Positions 1-9,055 of a stretch of DNA of 23,031 bases are shown piece after piece. Below the pieces are notes generated by a model, which was not told the origin of the DNA, did no database searches, and saw only the letters and a list, made by a program, of their open reading frames with translations. Both the position numbers and the translations under genes were made by a program. The stretch covers positions 1-23,031 of the forward strand of contig NZ_QEFP02000001.1 in NCBI RefSeq assembly GCF_003086415.1. Reading direction: 5' to 3'. The stretch's first letter is position 1, and the number at the start of each line of letters is the position of its first letter. Source of the stretch: Candidatus Nanobsidianus stetteri (GTDB taxonomy: Archaea; Nanobdellota; Nanobdellia; Nanobdellales; Nanobdellaceae).

Positions 1-60
1 GTTGGTGTAGTGAAGAATAAAGAATTAAGGGCCCAACAAAAATCTGAAAATAAAGAATAA
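1..60 (+). CDS. 3' end of an ORF entering the window, possibly ribosomal protein uS13 (partial)
   Basis: Frame 1 is open from base 1 to TAA at 58-60 (VGVVKNKELRAQQKSENKE*). The basic tail and the position 1 nt upstream of rps4 fit the conserved archaeal S13-S4 order. It is too short to identify from sequence alone. Confidence 0.3.
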   Translation, partial: VGVVKNKELRAQQKSENKE

Positions 61-61
61 A

Positions 62-625
62 ATGTGGAGAAATAGAAAAACCTGGGAAGGTCCTGGACAT
101 CCTTGGCAAAAGGATAGAATAGAAGAGGAAAGACAACTATTAAAACAATATGGATTAAAAAATAAAAGAGAAATATGGAAAGCATCTACAATTGCTAGAA
201 GAATAAGATTCTATGTTAGATATTTAAACGCTAAAAAAGCTGCTGGAGTAGATGTATCAAAAGAAGAAGAAAAATTGAAGAATAGATTAGTTAAATTAGG
301 ATTATTAAATAAAAATTCTGATATAAGTGAGGCTCTAAACATAACAGTAAGAGAAATATTAGAAAGAAGATTACAAACAATTGTATTTAGAAAAGGTTTG
401 GCAAAAACAATAAGACAGGCAAGACAATTAATTGTACATAGGCATATTGTTATAGGAGATAAAGTAATATCTTCTCCAGGTTATTTGGTTAAAGTTGATG
501 AAGAGGATAAAATAGGTTATAATCCTTATTCAAATATAGATAAAGAAAAATTATTAAATCAAAATATAAATAAAGAAGAAAATAAAGAATCATCCATACA
601 AGAAGTTAATCAACCTTCTCAATAG
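62..625 (+). CDS. rps4: 30S ribosomal protein uS4 (S4P/S9e type)
   Basis: The N-terminus RKTWEGPGHPWQKDRIEEE and the S4 RNA-binding domain (LERRLQTIVFRKGLAKTIRQARQLIVHRHIVIG) are typical of archaeal S4. There is a lineage-specific N/K/E-rich C-terminal tail. Confidence 0.9.
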   Translation: MWRNRKTWEGPGHPWQKDRIEEERQLLKQYGLKNKREIWKASTIARRIRFYVRYLNAKKAAGVDVSKEEEKLKNRLVKLGLLNKNSDISEALNITVREILERRLQTIVFRKGLAKTIRQARQLIVHRHIVIGDKVISSPGYLVKVDEEDKIGYNPYSNIDKEKLLNQNINKEENKESSIQEVNQPSQ

Positions 626-919
626 TCCTTTCTTTTTCTTTTTTACTTTCTTCTTTCTTTTCAAAATTTTATTTAACCTATTTATACTTTTATTTAATAA
701 TAGTATAGATAGATTAAACTCCTTTATCATTTCTACCTGACTTCTTAATTCCTTTATAGACTGACCTAATTCAGAAATATTATATGGAATATTTTCTTGA
801 ATCTTTATATATTCAATACCTTTCTTTAATATATCTTTTATTGTATAACCTTTTTTCTTTAATTCTTCCAATTCTTCTTTAATATCTCCAATATATATTG
901 TTGTTGAATCATTAGACAT
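590..919 (-). CDS. Hypothetical small protein, possibly ribbon-helix-helix (CopG/Arc-like) DNA-binding, with coiled-coil and poly-Lys tail
   Basis: The 109-aa ORF starts with TTIYIGD-IKEELEELKKKGYTIKDILKKGIEYI, which fits a beta-strand/helix/turn/helix RHH pattern. A TATA-like ATTATATAAAG lies about 26 nt upstream of the ATG. The 3' end overlaps rps4 convergently by 36 nt. No strong family signature. Confidence 0.35.
   Translation of the reverse strand: MSNDSTTIYIGDIKEELEELKKKGYTIKDILKKGIEYIKIQENIPYNISELGQSIKELRSQVEMIKEFNLSILLLNKSINRLNKILKRKKKVKKKKKGLLRRLINFLYG
629..644 (+). terminator. Oligo-T tract downstream of rps4 (archaeal intrinsic terminator candidate)
   Basis: T5 and T6 runs lie within a pyrimidine tract (626-661) directly after the rps4 TAG at 623-625. 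The same bases encode the Lys-rich tail of the antisense ORF 590-919. Confidence 0.3.
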
Positions 920-1360
920 TTTTAAAATAAGTATTTTATTCTTTATATAATATATTAGAAAAATTTATATATTATATTTATAAAGTTTTTCATAAAACTT
1001 ATAAAGAGAAATTGTTATATCTATTATATAGTAAAATTTTATACAGTTATACGACGTTAAATTATGTTATTACAAAAAAGTTGTCCTAATATATGAAAAA
1101 ATTTATTCGAGAAAATTTATAAATAAAAAATTTGTATCTAATAGGTTGTATATTAGATTTCTAATACAAAAATCTTATATATTTTTTATATAAATTTTTT
1201 GAAAAATATTTATAAAATATTAATTAAGTCGCATAACTTTACATCATTTATAAATATACTAACTAAAAGGTACTCATATCATAAAATAATATGACAACAT
1301 ATTAGTAATAAATAGAAAAATTTATTAATAAATATTTAAAAATTCCAAAGTTGTATATAT

Positions 1361-2404
1361 ATGAATTTTTATTATCAAAATTTTATGGTAGAATATTGTA
1401 AATTACCATATGAAAATGAAAAATATGAGATCCTTATTAAAAGAGAGGAAGAAACAAATGAAAAATATGGTTATGATCCATGGAAAAGGCCAATAAATGA
1501 ATTATTAGATTTCTCAATTATCAATTTAGATAAACCAAAGGGACCTACATCTCACCAGGTATCTGGATGGATAAAAAATATTTTAAATAAGAAAGCCGGA
1601 CATGCTGGTACACTGGATCCAAAAGTAACTGGAGTATTACCAATAGGAATTGGAAGGGGAACAAAAGTATTAAAATTATTATTAACTGCTGGAAAGGAAT
1701 ATATAGCATGGATGCATATACATAAAGATATTGATGAAAATAAAGTATATGAAGTATTAAATAAATTTCAAGGGAAAATTATTCAGAAACCACCACTAAA
1801 ATCTGCAGTAAAAAAAGTTCCCAGAGAGAAAAATGTTTATTGTATAAAAGTATTAGAAGTTGATGGTAGAGATTGGTTATTACAAATCGCAACAGAAGCT
1901 GGTGTATATATAAGAAAATTAATAGATGATATAGGAAAAGCTCTAGGAACAAAAGCTCATATGCAACAATTAAGAAGAATTAGAGTTGGAGAATTAAAAG
2001 AGGATTCTGAAAAATATCCCTTATCTACTTTACAAGATATAGTTGATTCTATATGGTTTTGGAGAAATGAAAATAATGAAAAATATATAAGGAAAGTTTT
2101 TCTACCAGCAGAAGTTGCGGCAGAACATACAAAGAAAATTTGGATATTAGATACTGCAGTTGATGCAATTGCACATGGAGCAAACCTAACAGTAAAAGGA
2201 ATATCAAAACTATATTCGAATATAAAGGAAGGTGATTTAGTAACAATATTTACATTAAAAGGAGAAATAGTTGCATATGGAACTGCATTAATGGATTCCG
2301 AAAAAATTTTAGATTCTGAAAAAGGTATTGCTGTTGATATTGATAGGGTTATTATAAAGAGAGGTTTATACCCGAAAGTATGGAAAAAATCTAATACACA
2401 ATGA
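1361..2404 (+). CDS. cbf5: tRNA/rRNA pseudouridine synthase Cbf5 (H/ACA RNP catalytic subunit, TruB family with C-terminal PUA domain)
   Basis: Contains the catalytic motif GHAGTLDPKVTGVLPIGIGRGTK, the archaeal N-terminal pattern (ETNEKYGYDPWKRPINELL), and a C-terminal PUA region (GDLVTIFTLKGEIVAYGTALM). The start may be Met-8 instead. Confidence 0.9.
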   Translation: MNFYYQNFMVEYCKLPYENEKYEILIKREEETNEKYGYDPWKRPINELLDFSIINLDKPKGPTSHQVSGWIKNILNKKAGHAGTLDPKVTGVLPIGIGRGTKVLKLLLTAGKEYIAWMHIHKDIDENKVYEVLNKFQGKIIQKPPLKSAVKKVPREKNVYCIKVLEVDGRDWLLQIATEAGVYIRKLIDDIGKALGTKAHMQQLRRIRVGELKEDSEKYPLSTLQDIVDSIWFWRNENNEKYIRKVFLPAEVAAEHTKKIWILDTAVDAIAHGANLTVKGISKLYSNIKEGDLVTIFTLKGEIVAYGTALMDSEKILDSEKGIAVDIDRVIIKRGLYPKVWKKSNTQ

Positions 2405-3048
2405 AAATAATATTGGGAATTGATGAAGCTGGAAGGGGGCCTGTAATTGGTCCAATGGTAATTGCAGGTTATTGTATAGAAGAAGAAAAAATTGAATTAC
2501 TAAAATCTTTGGGAGTTAAAGATTCTAAAGAATTAACAAGAAAACAAAGAGAAGATATATATAATGAAATAGTAAAATTAACAGATAAATATAAATATAT
2601 AATAATTGATCCAAAGACAATAGACTATTATGTATATAAAAATAAATTAAACTATTTAGAATTTAATAACATGATAAAAATAATTGAAGAAATAAAACCG
2701 GATAAAGTAATAATTGATTCTCCAATGGTTAATACAAAAAAAGTAATAGAATATATAAAAAATAATTTAAAAATAAATGTTGAAATAATTGCAGAAAATA
2801 AGGCAGACAAAAAATATCCAGTAGTATCTGCAGCTTCTATTATTGCAAAAGTCATAAGGGATAGAGAAATTGATAAAATTAAGGAGAAATTAAATTTAGA
2901 TATTGGTTCTGGATATCCATCTGATGAAAGGACAGTTAAAGCAATAAAAGAAAATTATGAGATATTAAAAGATTATATTAGAGAATCTTGGATGACAATT
3001 AAAAAAATAAGAAAAGAAGACCAAAAAAATATACTTGATTTTTTATAG
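2401..3048 (+). CDS. rnhB: Ribonuclease HII
   Basis: GIDEAGRGPVIGPMVIAG, VKDSKEL and ADKKYPVVSAASIIAK are canonical RNase HII motifs. The ATG overlaps the cbf5 stop (ATGA, 2401-2404). Confidence 0.9.
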   Translation: MKIILGIDEAGRGPVIGPMVIAGYCIEEEKIELLKSLGVKDSKELTRKQREDIYNEIVKLTDKYKYIIIDPKTIDYYVYKNKLNYLEFNNMIKIIEEIKPDKVIIDSPMVNTKKVIEYIKNNLKINVEIIAENKADKKYPVVSAASIIAKVIRDREIDKIKEKLNLDIGSGYPSDERTVKAIKENYEILKDYIRESWMTIKKIRKEDQKNILDFL

Positions 3049-3077
3049 AATTCTTTTCTTTATTAAAGGATAATACT

Positions 3078-4328
3078 TCATAAAATTATGAACGGTAAAA
3101 TAAACATACCTAATATTAAATTAATTATGATGATTGTTGATAATGCTATATATAATGTATTCTTTTCATTAAGATATTTCTTTAATTCCATTAAAATTTC
3201 TATAAATGGTATAGAAATCAAAATAAAGTAATAAATATATGATAATAAAATATTTTCTGTTAATAAATAATATATTATAGCTGAAATATTTAAAATAAAT
3301 AATAATATAAGTGCAATTTTTTGAAATTTATACATTTTGTTAATAAAAGCATCGTCTTCTTTAATATATTTTTCAAAATTCAATTTTTCTTCTTCTTTCT
3401 CTTTAAATTTTACCTTTTTTAATAGTATAAATGAAATTAAGGAAATTATAAAAGTAATCAATAATGAATAAAGTATATTATCAATATTTAAACCTGCTAA
3501 TAATAATTTTGCACCTAAATATGATACAAATATTATAAAAATGAATCTTACTGTATTATCCTTTAATTTCATTAATAATCTAGTTCCAATCCATGCACCA
3601 ATTAAAACCCCTAAAGTAAGGAAAGGCAATAAAATAAAGTCTATATAACCTGCTTTGAAATATAAAATTGAAGAAGTATCTGCAGTTATTCCTATCATAA
3701 AATTACTAGTAGTAGTACTTACTTTTATTGGTAAATTCATTATTAAATCCATTCCCAAAACTTTTAATATTCCAGAACCAATTCCTAATAAACCAGAAAC
3801 AAAACCTGCAAATAACATAACAATCCATCCATAAACCCATCTTACTCCATCATAATATATTATTTCTCCTTTTTCTTCATATTTTCCAAATAAATTAAAG
3901 AAATATGTAGAATCATCCGGTTTTGATGGGTAATATCTTTTTCTTAAATTCTTTATTATCAAAAATATTGAAGATAATAATAATACAACACCAAATATTA
4001 TATAAACAATAAAAAATAAATTATGGGTATATAGATAGTTATTTAAAAGAAATCCAAATATAGCGCCAAAAGTTGTAGCAGTTAATAAACTAATTGCTAT
4101 ATTATCATTGGCAATTTTTTTCTTTATATATGTTAAAGATGAGGATAAAGATGTTGAAATAGTAGATAATAAAGATACACCAATTGTTAAATACAATGGA
4201 TAGTCTAGAAATATTGTTAAGATTGGAGAAATAATTGCTCCACCACCTAGACCGGTTATAGAACCTTCAATACCTGCAAAAATACCAATAAGTAATATTA
4301 ATATTAGATTAAAAAATGTATATATCAT
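3078..4328 (-). CDS. TSUP/TauE-SafE (DUF81) family anion permease with extra C-terminal transmembrane module
   Basis: It is polytopic. The N-terminal GIFAGIEGSITGLGGGAIISPIL and second-half GFVSGLLGIGSGILKV are the duplicated TauE glycine-rich motifs. At 416 aa it is longer than I recall for this family, because of a hydrophilic insert and a roughly 80-aa C-terminal 3-TM extension. Confidence 0.6.
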   Translation of the reverse strand: MIYTFFNLILILLIGIFAGIEGSITGLGGGAIISPILTIFLDYPLYLTIGVSLLSTISTSLSSSLTYIKKKIANDNIAISLLTATTFGAIFGFLLNNYLYTHNLFFIVYIIFGVVLLLSSIFLIIKNLRKRYYPSKPDDSTYFFNLFGKYEEKGEIIYYDGVRWVYGWIVMLFAGFVSGLLGIGSGILKVLGMDLIMNLPIKVSTTTSNFMIGITADTSSILYFKAGYIDFILLPFLTLGVLIGAWIGTRLLMKLKDNTVRFIFIIFVSYLGAKLLLAGLNIDNILYSLLITFIISLISFILLKKVKFKEKEEEKLNFEKYIKEDDAFINKMYKFQKIALILLFILNISAIIYYLLTENILLSYIYYFILISIPFIEILMELKKYLNEKNTLYIALSTIIIINLILGMFILPFIIL

Positions 4329-4421
4329 AGTATTAACAAATTCTTTAAAATATATAAGTCTTCATATAATTATCCTTTCTTAATAAAAAGGAAAATCAAA
4401 AAAGATATTTAAATTCTTTAA

Positions 4422-5273
4422 TCATTCTTCTTCAAATTCTTGAACATTACTCTTTCTATATTCAGAATATTTCTCAACTTCTTGCATAGCTTTATTTATT
4501 TCTTCAATCATTTCCTGAGGTATATTATCTATTTTTACATTATTAATTCCTATTCTAATATATTTATCCCATTCAATTTTTATTCCATTTTCATCTATTT
4601 GCATTGGATGTCTTAGTAAACTGTGTTTTGTATCTCTCATCTTCCATACAATAATTGATCTATACAATTTTCCATCTACCTCATCTAAATCCATCCTTAC
4701 AATCCCATCTACTGCATGTTCAACTCCAGGTCCACCAAACCCTCTCTCACCAACAGAAATTTGTGAGACAAATATTGCAGTACATCCCAAACCTGCAATC
4801 AACCTTTTTAATGACATTACTATAGATCTAGCCATTGCCGGTTTTGTCAAATATAATGTAGAAACAGAATCTATAACAACTCTTTTAGCATTTGTATCTT
4901 TTATTGCCTGCCTTACAACATCTAATAGTTCATGTATATTATCTAAATCTCTTACTAAATATCTTTCTCTTTGAGCTGCAGTACCTGTTCCACCAGTAAA
5001 TGCATCTACAATTGCTATTTTTCCTTCTTCCTCATATTTTGATATATCCCATCCAAAATTCTTAAAACTCCTCCTCACAGTTACTGGATGTTCTTCCAAT
5101 GCAATAAATACTCCATTTTCATTATTCTTTAATCCATTATATAAAAATTGTTTACCTAAGATAGATTTTCCTGTACCAGGTCCTCCACTTAATAATACTA
5201 CATTTCTTTCTGGTATTCCTCCATATAATATCTCATCAAATCCTGGTATGTATGTTCTAACTTTATATATCAT
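4422..5273 (-). CDS. KaiC-like / RecA-superfamily ATPase (single KaiC domain, COG0467-like)
   Basis: [40 protein letters not shown] carries the Walker A. Also present are VVIDSVSTL (Walker B-like) and [10 protein letters not shown]. The ORF extends to an ATG at 5303, but that codon lies inside a 20-bp promoter palindrome, so Met-11 (5273) is preferred. Confidence 0.8.
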   Translation of the reverse strand: MIYKVRTYIPGFDEILYGGIPERNVVLLSGGPGTGKSILGKQFLYNGLKNNENGVFIALEEHPVTVRRSFKNFGWDISKYEEEGKIAIVDAFTGGTGTAAQRERYLVRDLDNIHELLDVVRQAIKDTNAKRVVIDSVSTLYLTKPAMARSIVMSLKRLIAGLGCTAIFVSQISVGERGFGGPGVEHAVDGIVRMDLDEVDGKLYRSIIVWKMRDTKHSLLRHPMQIDENGIKIEWDKYIRIGINNVKIDNIPQEMIEEINKAMQEVEKYSEYRKSNVQEFEEE

Positions 5274-5287
5274 TATAATAATTTGAA

Positions 5288-5307
5288 ATAAATGTTTAAA
5301 CATTTAT
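5288..5307. promoter_or_regulatory. 20-bp perfect palindrome ATAAATGTTTAAACATTTAT in the divergent KaiC-like / DsrE-like intergenic region
   Basis: Read directly: 5288-5297 is the exact reverse complement of 5298-5307. Each half contains a TATA-like ATTTAT/ATAAAT. The right half is centred about 26 nt upstream of the 5333 ATG. Confidence 0.5.
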
Positions 5308-5332
5308 AAATAACAACATTTTTATATCTTTT

Positions 5333-5674
5333 ATGGCAAAATATTTAATATTATTAACGAAAGATGATAAAAATACTTTGGAAATGGCTTTAGAATTTTC
5401 AAAAATATTAAAAATGAGTGGAGCAGAAGATGTAAAAATTTGTTTTATTTTAGCAGGAATTAGAGCTTTAAATAAAGAAAATGAAGAATTTAATTTAATT
5501 ATATCTAAACATTTAGGAGATATGAAAAATTTAAACATAAATATATACGCATGTGAAAAATGTATGGTAAGATTCAATATACCAGAAGAAAAATTAATAT
5601 ATAAAGATAAAATATTTTCATATGAAGAGATGAATAGATTAGTAGATAAAGGATATGCAATAATTACCTTTTAA
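5333..5674 (+). CDS. DsrE/DsrF-like family protein (sulfur-relay / COG2044-like small protein)
   Basis: At 113 aa it has the family layout as I recall it: N-terminal beta-strand (YLILLT), a helix, a second strand (KICFILAGIRAL), a conserved Cys region (IYACEKCMVRFNI) and the C-terminal hydrophobic ...AIITF end. Confidence 0.55.
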   Translation: MAKYLILLTKDDKNTLEMALEFSKILKMSGAEDVKICFILAGIRALNKENEEFNLIISKHLGDMKNLNINIYACEKCMVRFNIPEEKLIYKDKIFSYEEMNRLVDKGYAIITF

Positions 5675-7919
5675 TTTCTATTATTTTTCCTTCAACATTA
5701 TCTTTAAACAAATCATCATGTGTACATAATATTACTTGATAATTATCCAAACTTGATATTAATTGGGCTAAAGATAATCTTACATTTTCATCTAAAGATT
5801 CGGTAGGCTCATCTAATAACAATACATTTATATTTAAATTTAGTATAGAAGCAATTGCCAATCTTAATGCTAAATCCAATATTTTTATTTGTCCTCCACT
5901 TAATCCAGCTTCATCAATATATTTTTTAATAGTTTTTCCATCAATATTTTTAATTACATAAATATAAAATAATTTTTCATCTTTTACCTTACTCTCTTTT
6001 ATATCTATTCCAACATCTACAATATCTTGATATCTATATAACTTCTTAAAATAGAATTTAAATGCATTTTCTAGGTTTTTCGATATTTTTTCTCTATTAA
6101 CTTCTATATATTTTAGTAAAACACCATATAAGGATCTTAAAACATTTATATTTTTACCCATATTCTTTAATTTTTCATTTATATTATTATACATATTTAA
6201 TTTTTCTTTATAATTTTTTATTAATTCTGGTTTTAAATTTTCATATTTTTTTATTTCTTTATCAAGCTCATTCAATTTATCTTCAAACTCTTTTAAAGAA
6301 TTTAAATTATTTCTTTTATATATATCTTTTATTTTTTCCAAATTCTTTTTCATATTTTCTATTTTCATTAAAGAATATCTAATATTATTTATCTCATTTT
6401 TTATATTTTGATATTCCTTTCTTAAATTATCTATAACCTTATCCAATTCATTTTTCTTTATATAATTTATTGTATCTTTTATTATTTTATATTCATTTAT
6501 TTGATTTATTTTATAACTTATTTCATTAATTTCTTTTTCAATCCTTATTTTTTCATTTTCAATATCAGATAAATTTATTTTATCTTTAATTTTTCCTTGA
6601 ATATATAAAAAATACTTATATTTATTTTCTATTTCTTGATATTGTCTATCTAAATTATTTTTTTCATTTTTAAATTTATTTAAATTTTCCTTATCTTTAT
6701 TTAAACTCTCTCTATATTGATTTAACAATTTTTTATGTAAATCTTCATCCAGAGCTCTCTTACATACTGGACATTCCGATATTTCTCTATTTAATATATT
6801 TAAATATTCCTCTTCCTCCCTTATTTTATTTTCCAAAATTATAATATTATTTTCTAATTCTTTCTTTTTATTATCTATATTTTTTATTTCATTTTCTATA
6901 TTTTTATATTCTATATATTTTTCTATATTTGAATATATTTCCTTTAATTCTTTTAATTTATATTCTAATTCTTTTTCATCAACATTTTCCAAATATTCCA
7001 ATTCCTTTTTTCTATTTTCTAAATATTCTAAAGAACTATTTAACAAATCTTTTGAATAATTTTCATATTTGAGATTTTTTCTTTCAGATTCAAGATTTAA
7101 TATATTATCATATAATTCCCTTTCTTTTTCTTCATATTCTTTTAACTTTTGATTTAAGTAATTTTCTTGAGTTAATAAATTATAATCTATACCACTTTCC
7201 AATGTTTTTAACTCTAAATAATCTTTATATATATTATCTCTTATTTTCTTTAATTCCAAATATTTATTAATTTCTTCCAATAATTTATCAATATCTCTAT
7301 CCCCAAAAATGTTCTTATATAATTCTATATCTTTTGATAATAAATTTCTTTCTTTTTCTTTATATTCTTTTTCCTTTTCTAAATCTTTTATTAATCCCTC
7401 AACTACTTTTAATATTAAAGAATAATATTCTATATCAAATATTTTTTCTAATAACTTTGTTAATTCAATTTTTCCAGATAAATTAATATATCTTCCCAAA
7501 TCCCCCTGTTTTATATATAATACATCTGTAAATTTTTCAACTCTATTTATATTCAATATTTCTCTTATTTTTTTATTAACAATATCTGGTCCAGAAGATA
7601 TAACTTTATTACCTTCATATAATATTGCCTTAGATTCTCCATTATTATTTGAAGATCTTATTATTTTGTATAAAGTATTTCCATTAGAAATTTCCAATTC
7701 TACATTTAAATTATATGAACCAATTCTTATTAAAGATGATACATTTGATATATTTATACTGGATAAAGAATCTTTTCCAAATAAACCAAATAATATTGCT
7801 TGAAATATAGAAGTTTTTCCAACTCCATTTTCTCCTATTATTATATTTTTTTCATCAAAATTTATCTCTAAATTTTTATGTATTTTAAAGTTCTCTAATT
7901 TTATTTTATTAATCCTCAT
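5664..7919 (-). CDS. rad50: DNA double-strand break repair ATPase Rad50
   Basis: Shows Walker A GENGVGKTS, a long K/E/N-rich coiled coil with a central zinc hook CPVC (SECPVCKRAL), the signature LSGGQ, Walker B/D-loop LLLDEPTESLD and H-loop CTHD. Its ATG overlaps the mre11 stop by 4 nt. Confidence 0.92.
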   Translation of the reverse strand: MRINKIKLENFKIHKNLEINFDEKNIIIGENGVGKTSIFQAILFGLFGKDSLSSINISNVSSLIRIGSYNLNVELEISNGNTLYKIIRSSNNNGESKAILYEGNKVISSGPDIVNKKIREILNINRVEKFTDVLYIKQGDLGRYINLSGKIELTKLLEKIFDIEYYSLILKVVEGLIKDLEKEKEYKEKERNLLSKDIELYKNIFGDRDIDKLLEEINKYLELKKIRDNIYKDYLELKTLESGIDYNLLTQENYLNQKLKEYEEKERELYDNILNLESERKNLKYENYSKDLLNSSLEYLENRKKELEYLENVDEKELEYKLKELKEIYSNIEKYIEYKNIENEIKNIDNKKKELENNIIILENKIREEEEYLNILNREISECPVCKRALDEDLHKKLLNQYRESLNKDKENLNKFKNEKNNLDRQYQEIENKYKYFLYIQGKIKDKINLSDIENEKIRIEKEINEISYKINQINEYKIIKDTINYIKKNELDKVIDNLRKEYQNIKNEINNIRYSLMKIENMKKNLEKIKDIYKRNNLNSLKEFEDKLNELDKEIKKYENLKPELIKNYKEKLNMYNNINEKLKNMGKNINVLRSLYGVLLKYIEVNREKISKNLENAFKFYFKKLYRYQDIVDVGIDIKESKVKDEKLFYIYVIKNIDGKTIKKYIDEAGLSGGQIKILDLALRLAIASILNLNINVLLLDEPTESLDENVRLSLAQLISSLDNYQVILCTHDDLFKDNVEGKIIEIKR

Positions 7920-9055
7920 TTTATTAATTGTTTAAATATAGTTTCCCTTATTCTATCCAAATCGGAATTTTTACCAGAATACATTTCTTCAAATAATTCT
8001 TTTATATAATTAAACATTTTTATTACTTCTTCCTTATCATTTACAAAAAAAGAACTATCTATTATACTATCTATTGTAATTACTTCATTATTTAATTTTA
8101 TTTCTTCATCTAAAGAATAAGAATCATCTAAAATTAAGTATCCAGATTCCATTAAATTTTCTAATAGATTTTTTATATTAATATAATAATCTTTCTTATA
8201 TCTAACTTTAATTTTTATAATCGTTTCCTTAGATTTATTATAAATATCATTCTTTAGTTTATTTAATCCATAATCATTATTTATTATATCTTCATAAATA
8301 TATATTGGCCTAACATTTAATTCTTTAAATTCTATATTATCATCTCTTACATAAAAAAATCCCTTCTTTATATTTTCTTCATCTTTTGATATTTCAGTCC
8401 TTTCAGTAGAACCTGGTAAAGCAAATATTATATTATCATGTTTTTCCAAATGTTTTTTATGAAAATGACCAAATGCATAATAATTAGCTTTGGGAAAATC
8501 TTCTGGAGATAAAATCCTTGGTTCTTTGCTATAACCTTCTAAAATACTTTCTGGAAATATATTTATTGCACCATGAAACATAAATATTGTATAACCATTA
8601 TTTTCAAATTTTAAATTAGATAAATTCTTTTTATAATATGCTCTCAATTGTTCATATGACAAATTTGATGGTTCAGATATTCCATAAATATATACATCCT
8701 TATATATAAATGGTTCTTTTATATTTGCCTCATATACTAAATCCAATCTTTTTAATATTTCTAAAACATTTTGTCTTAATCCTTTTGTATCATGATTTCC
8801 CCTAATAAATATTAATGGTATTTTATTATCTTTCAATTTAAACAATATATCCAATATTTCCAATAGATATTTTGAATCTATTCTAAAATAATCATCAAAA
8901 AAATCTCCAGAATGAATTATAAAATCTACCTTTTCTTTAATTGCAAATTCTATAACCTGTTTAAACGAATTTAGAAAATCATATTTTCTAATCTCACCAT
9001 ATTCTACCGGAATTTGGCATCCTAAATGGGTATCAGAAACATGAACAAATTTCAT
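7916..9055 (-). CDS. mre11: DNA double-strand break repair nuclease Mre11
   Basis: The calcineurin-like phosphoesterase motifs appear in order: HVSDTHLG, SGDFFD, RGNHD, FMFHG, GHFH. Confidence 0.92.
   Translation of the reverse strand: MKFVHVSDTHLGCQIPVEYGEIRKYDFLNSFKQVIEFAIKEKVDFIIHSGDFFDDYFRIDSKYLLEILDILFKLKDNKIPLIFIRGNHDTKGLRQNVLEILKRLDLVYEANIKEPFIYKDVYIYGISEPSNLSYEQLRAYYKKNLSNLKFENNGYTIFMFHGAINIFPESILEGYSKEPRILSPEDFPKANYYAFGHFHKKHLEKHDNIIFALPGSTERTEISKDEENIKKGFFYVRDDNIEFKELNVRPIYIYEDIINNDYGLNKLKNDIYNKSKETIIKIKVRYKKDYYINIKNLLENLMESGYLILDDSYSLDEEIKLNNEVITIDSIIDSSFFVNDKEEVIKMFNYIKELFEEMYSGKNSDLDRIRETIFKQLIK

Noticed and set aside
920-1360. Possible tRNA, split-tRNA half, C/D-box sRNA or replication origin in the long spacer
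   Set aside because: There is no GC-rich segment capable of forming stable tRNA or sRNA stems. I found no RUGAUGA/CUGA box pair, no adjacent orc1/cdc6 gene, and no clearly repeated long ORB-like element. Only short AT hairpins are present, which are expected by chance at this composition.
4422-5303. KaiC-like ATPase as the archaellum/pilus accessory ATPase ArlH/FlaH of the nearby filament locus
   Set aside because: It lies more than 4 kb from the filament genes and is separated from them by the rad50-mre11 operon. It has generic KaiC/RadA-like features, including the DGIVRMD segment. Nothing in the sequence ties it specifically to FlaH.
5296-5577. 93-aa minus-strand ORF overlapping the DsrE-like gene
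   Set aside because: It is antisense to a gene with a recognisable family pattern. Its product is hydrophobic and low-complexity with no motif, and accepting it would remove the divergent promoter region.
5664-9055. Rad50/Mre11-like pair as an SbcCD-, Lamassu- or other SMC-type anti-phage defence module
   Set aside because: Both proteins carry the full canonical archaeal Rad50 features (CPVC zinc hook, LSGGQ, Walker A/B) and all the Mre11 phosphoesterase motifs. There is no extra effector domain and the neighbours are housekeeping genes. The housekeeping DSB-repair complex is the simplest reading.
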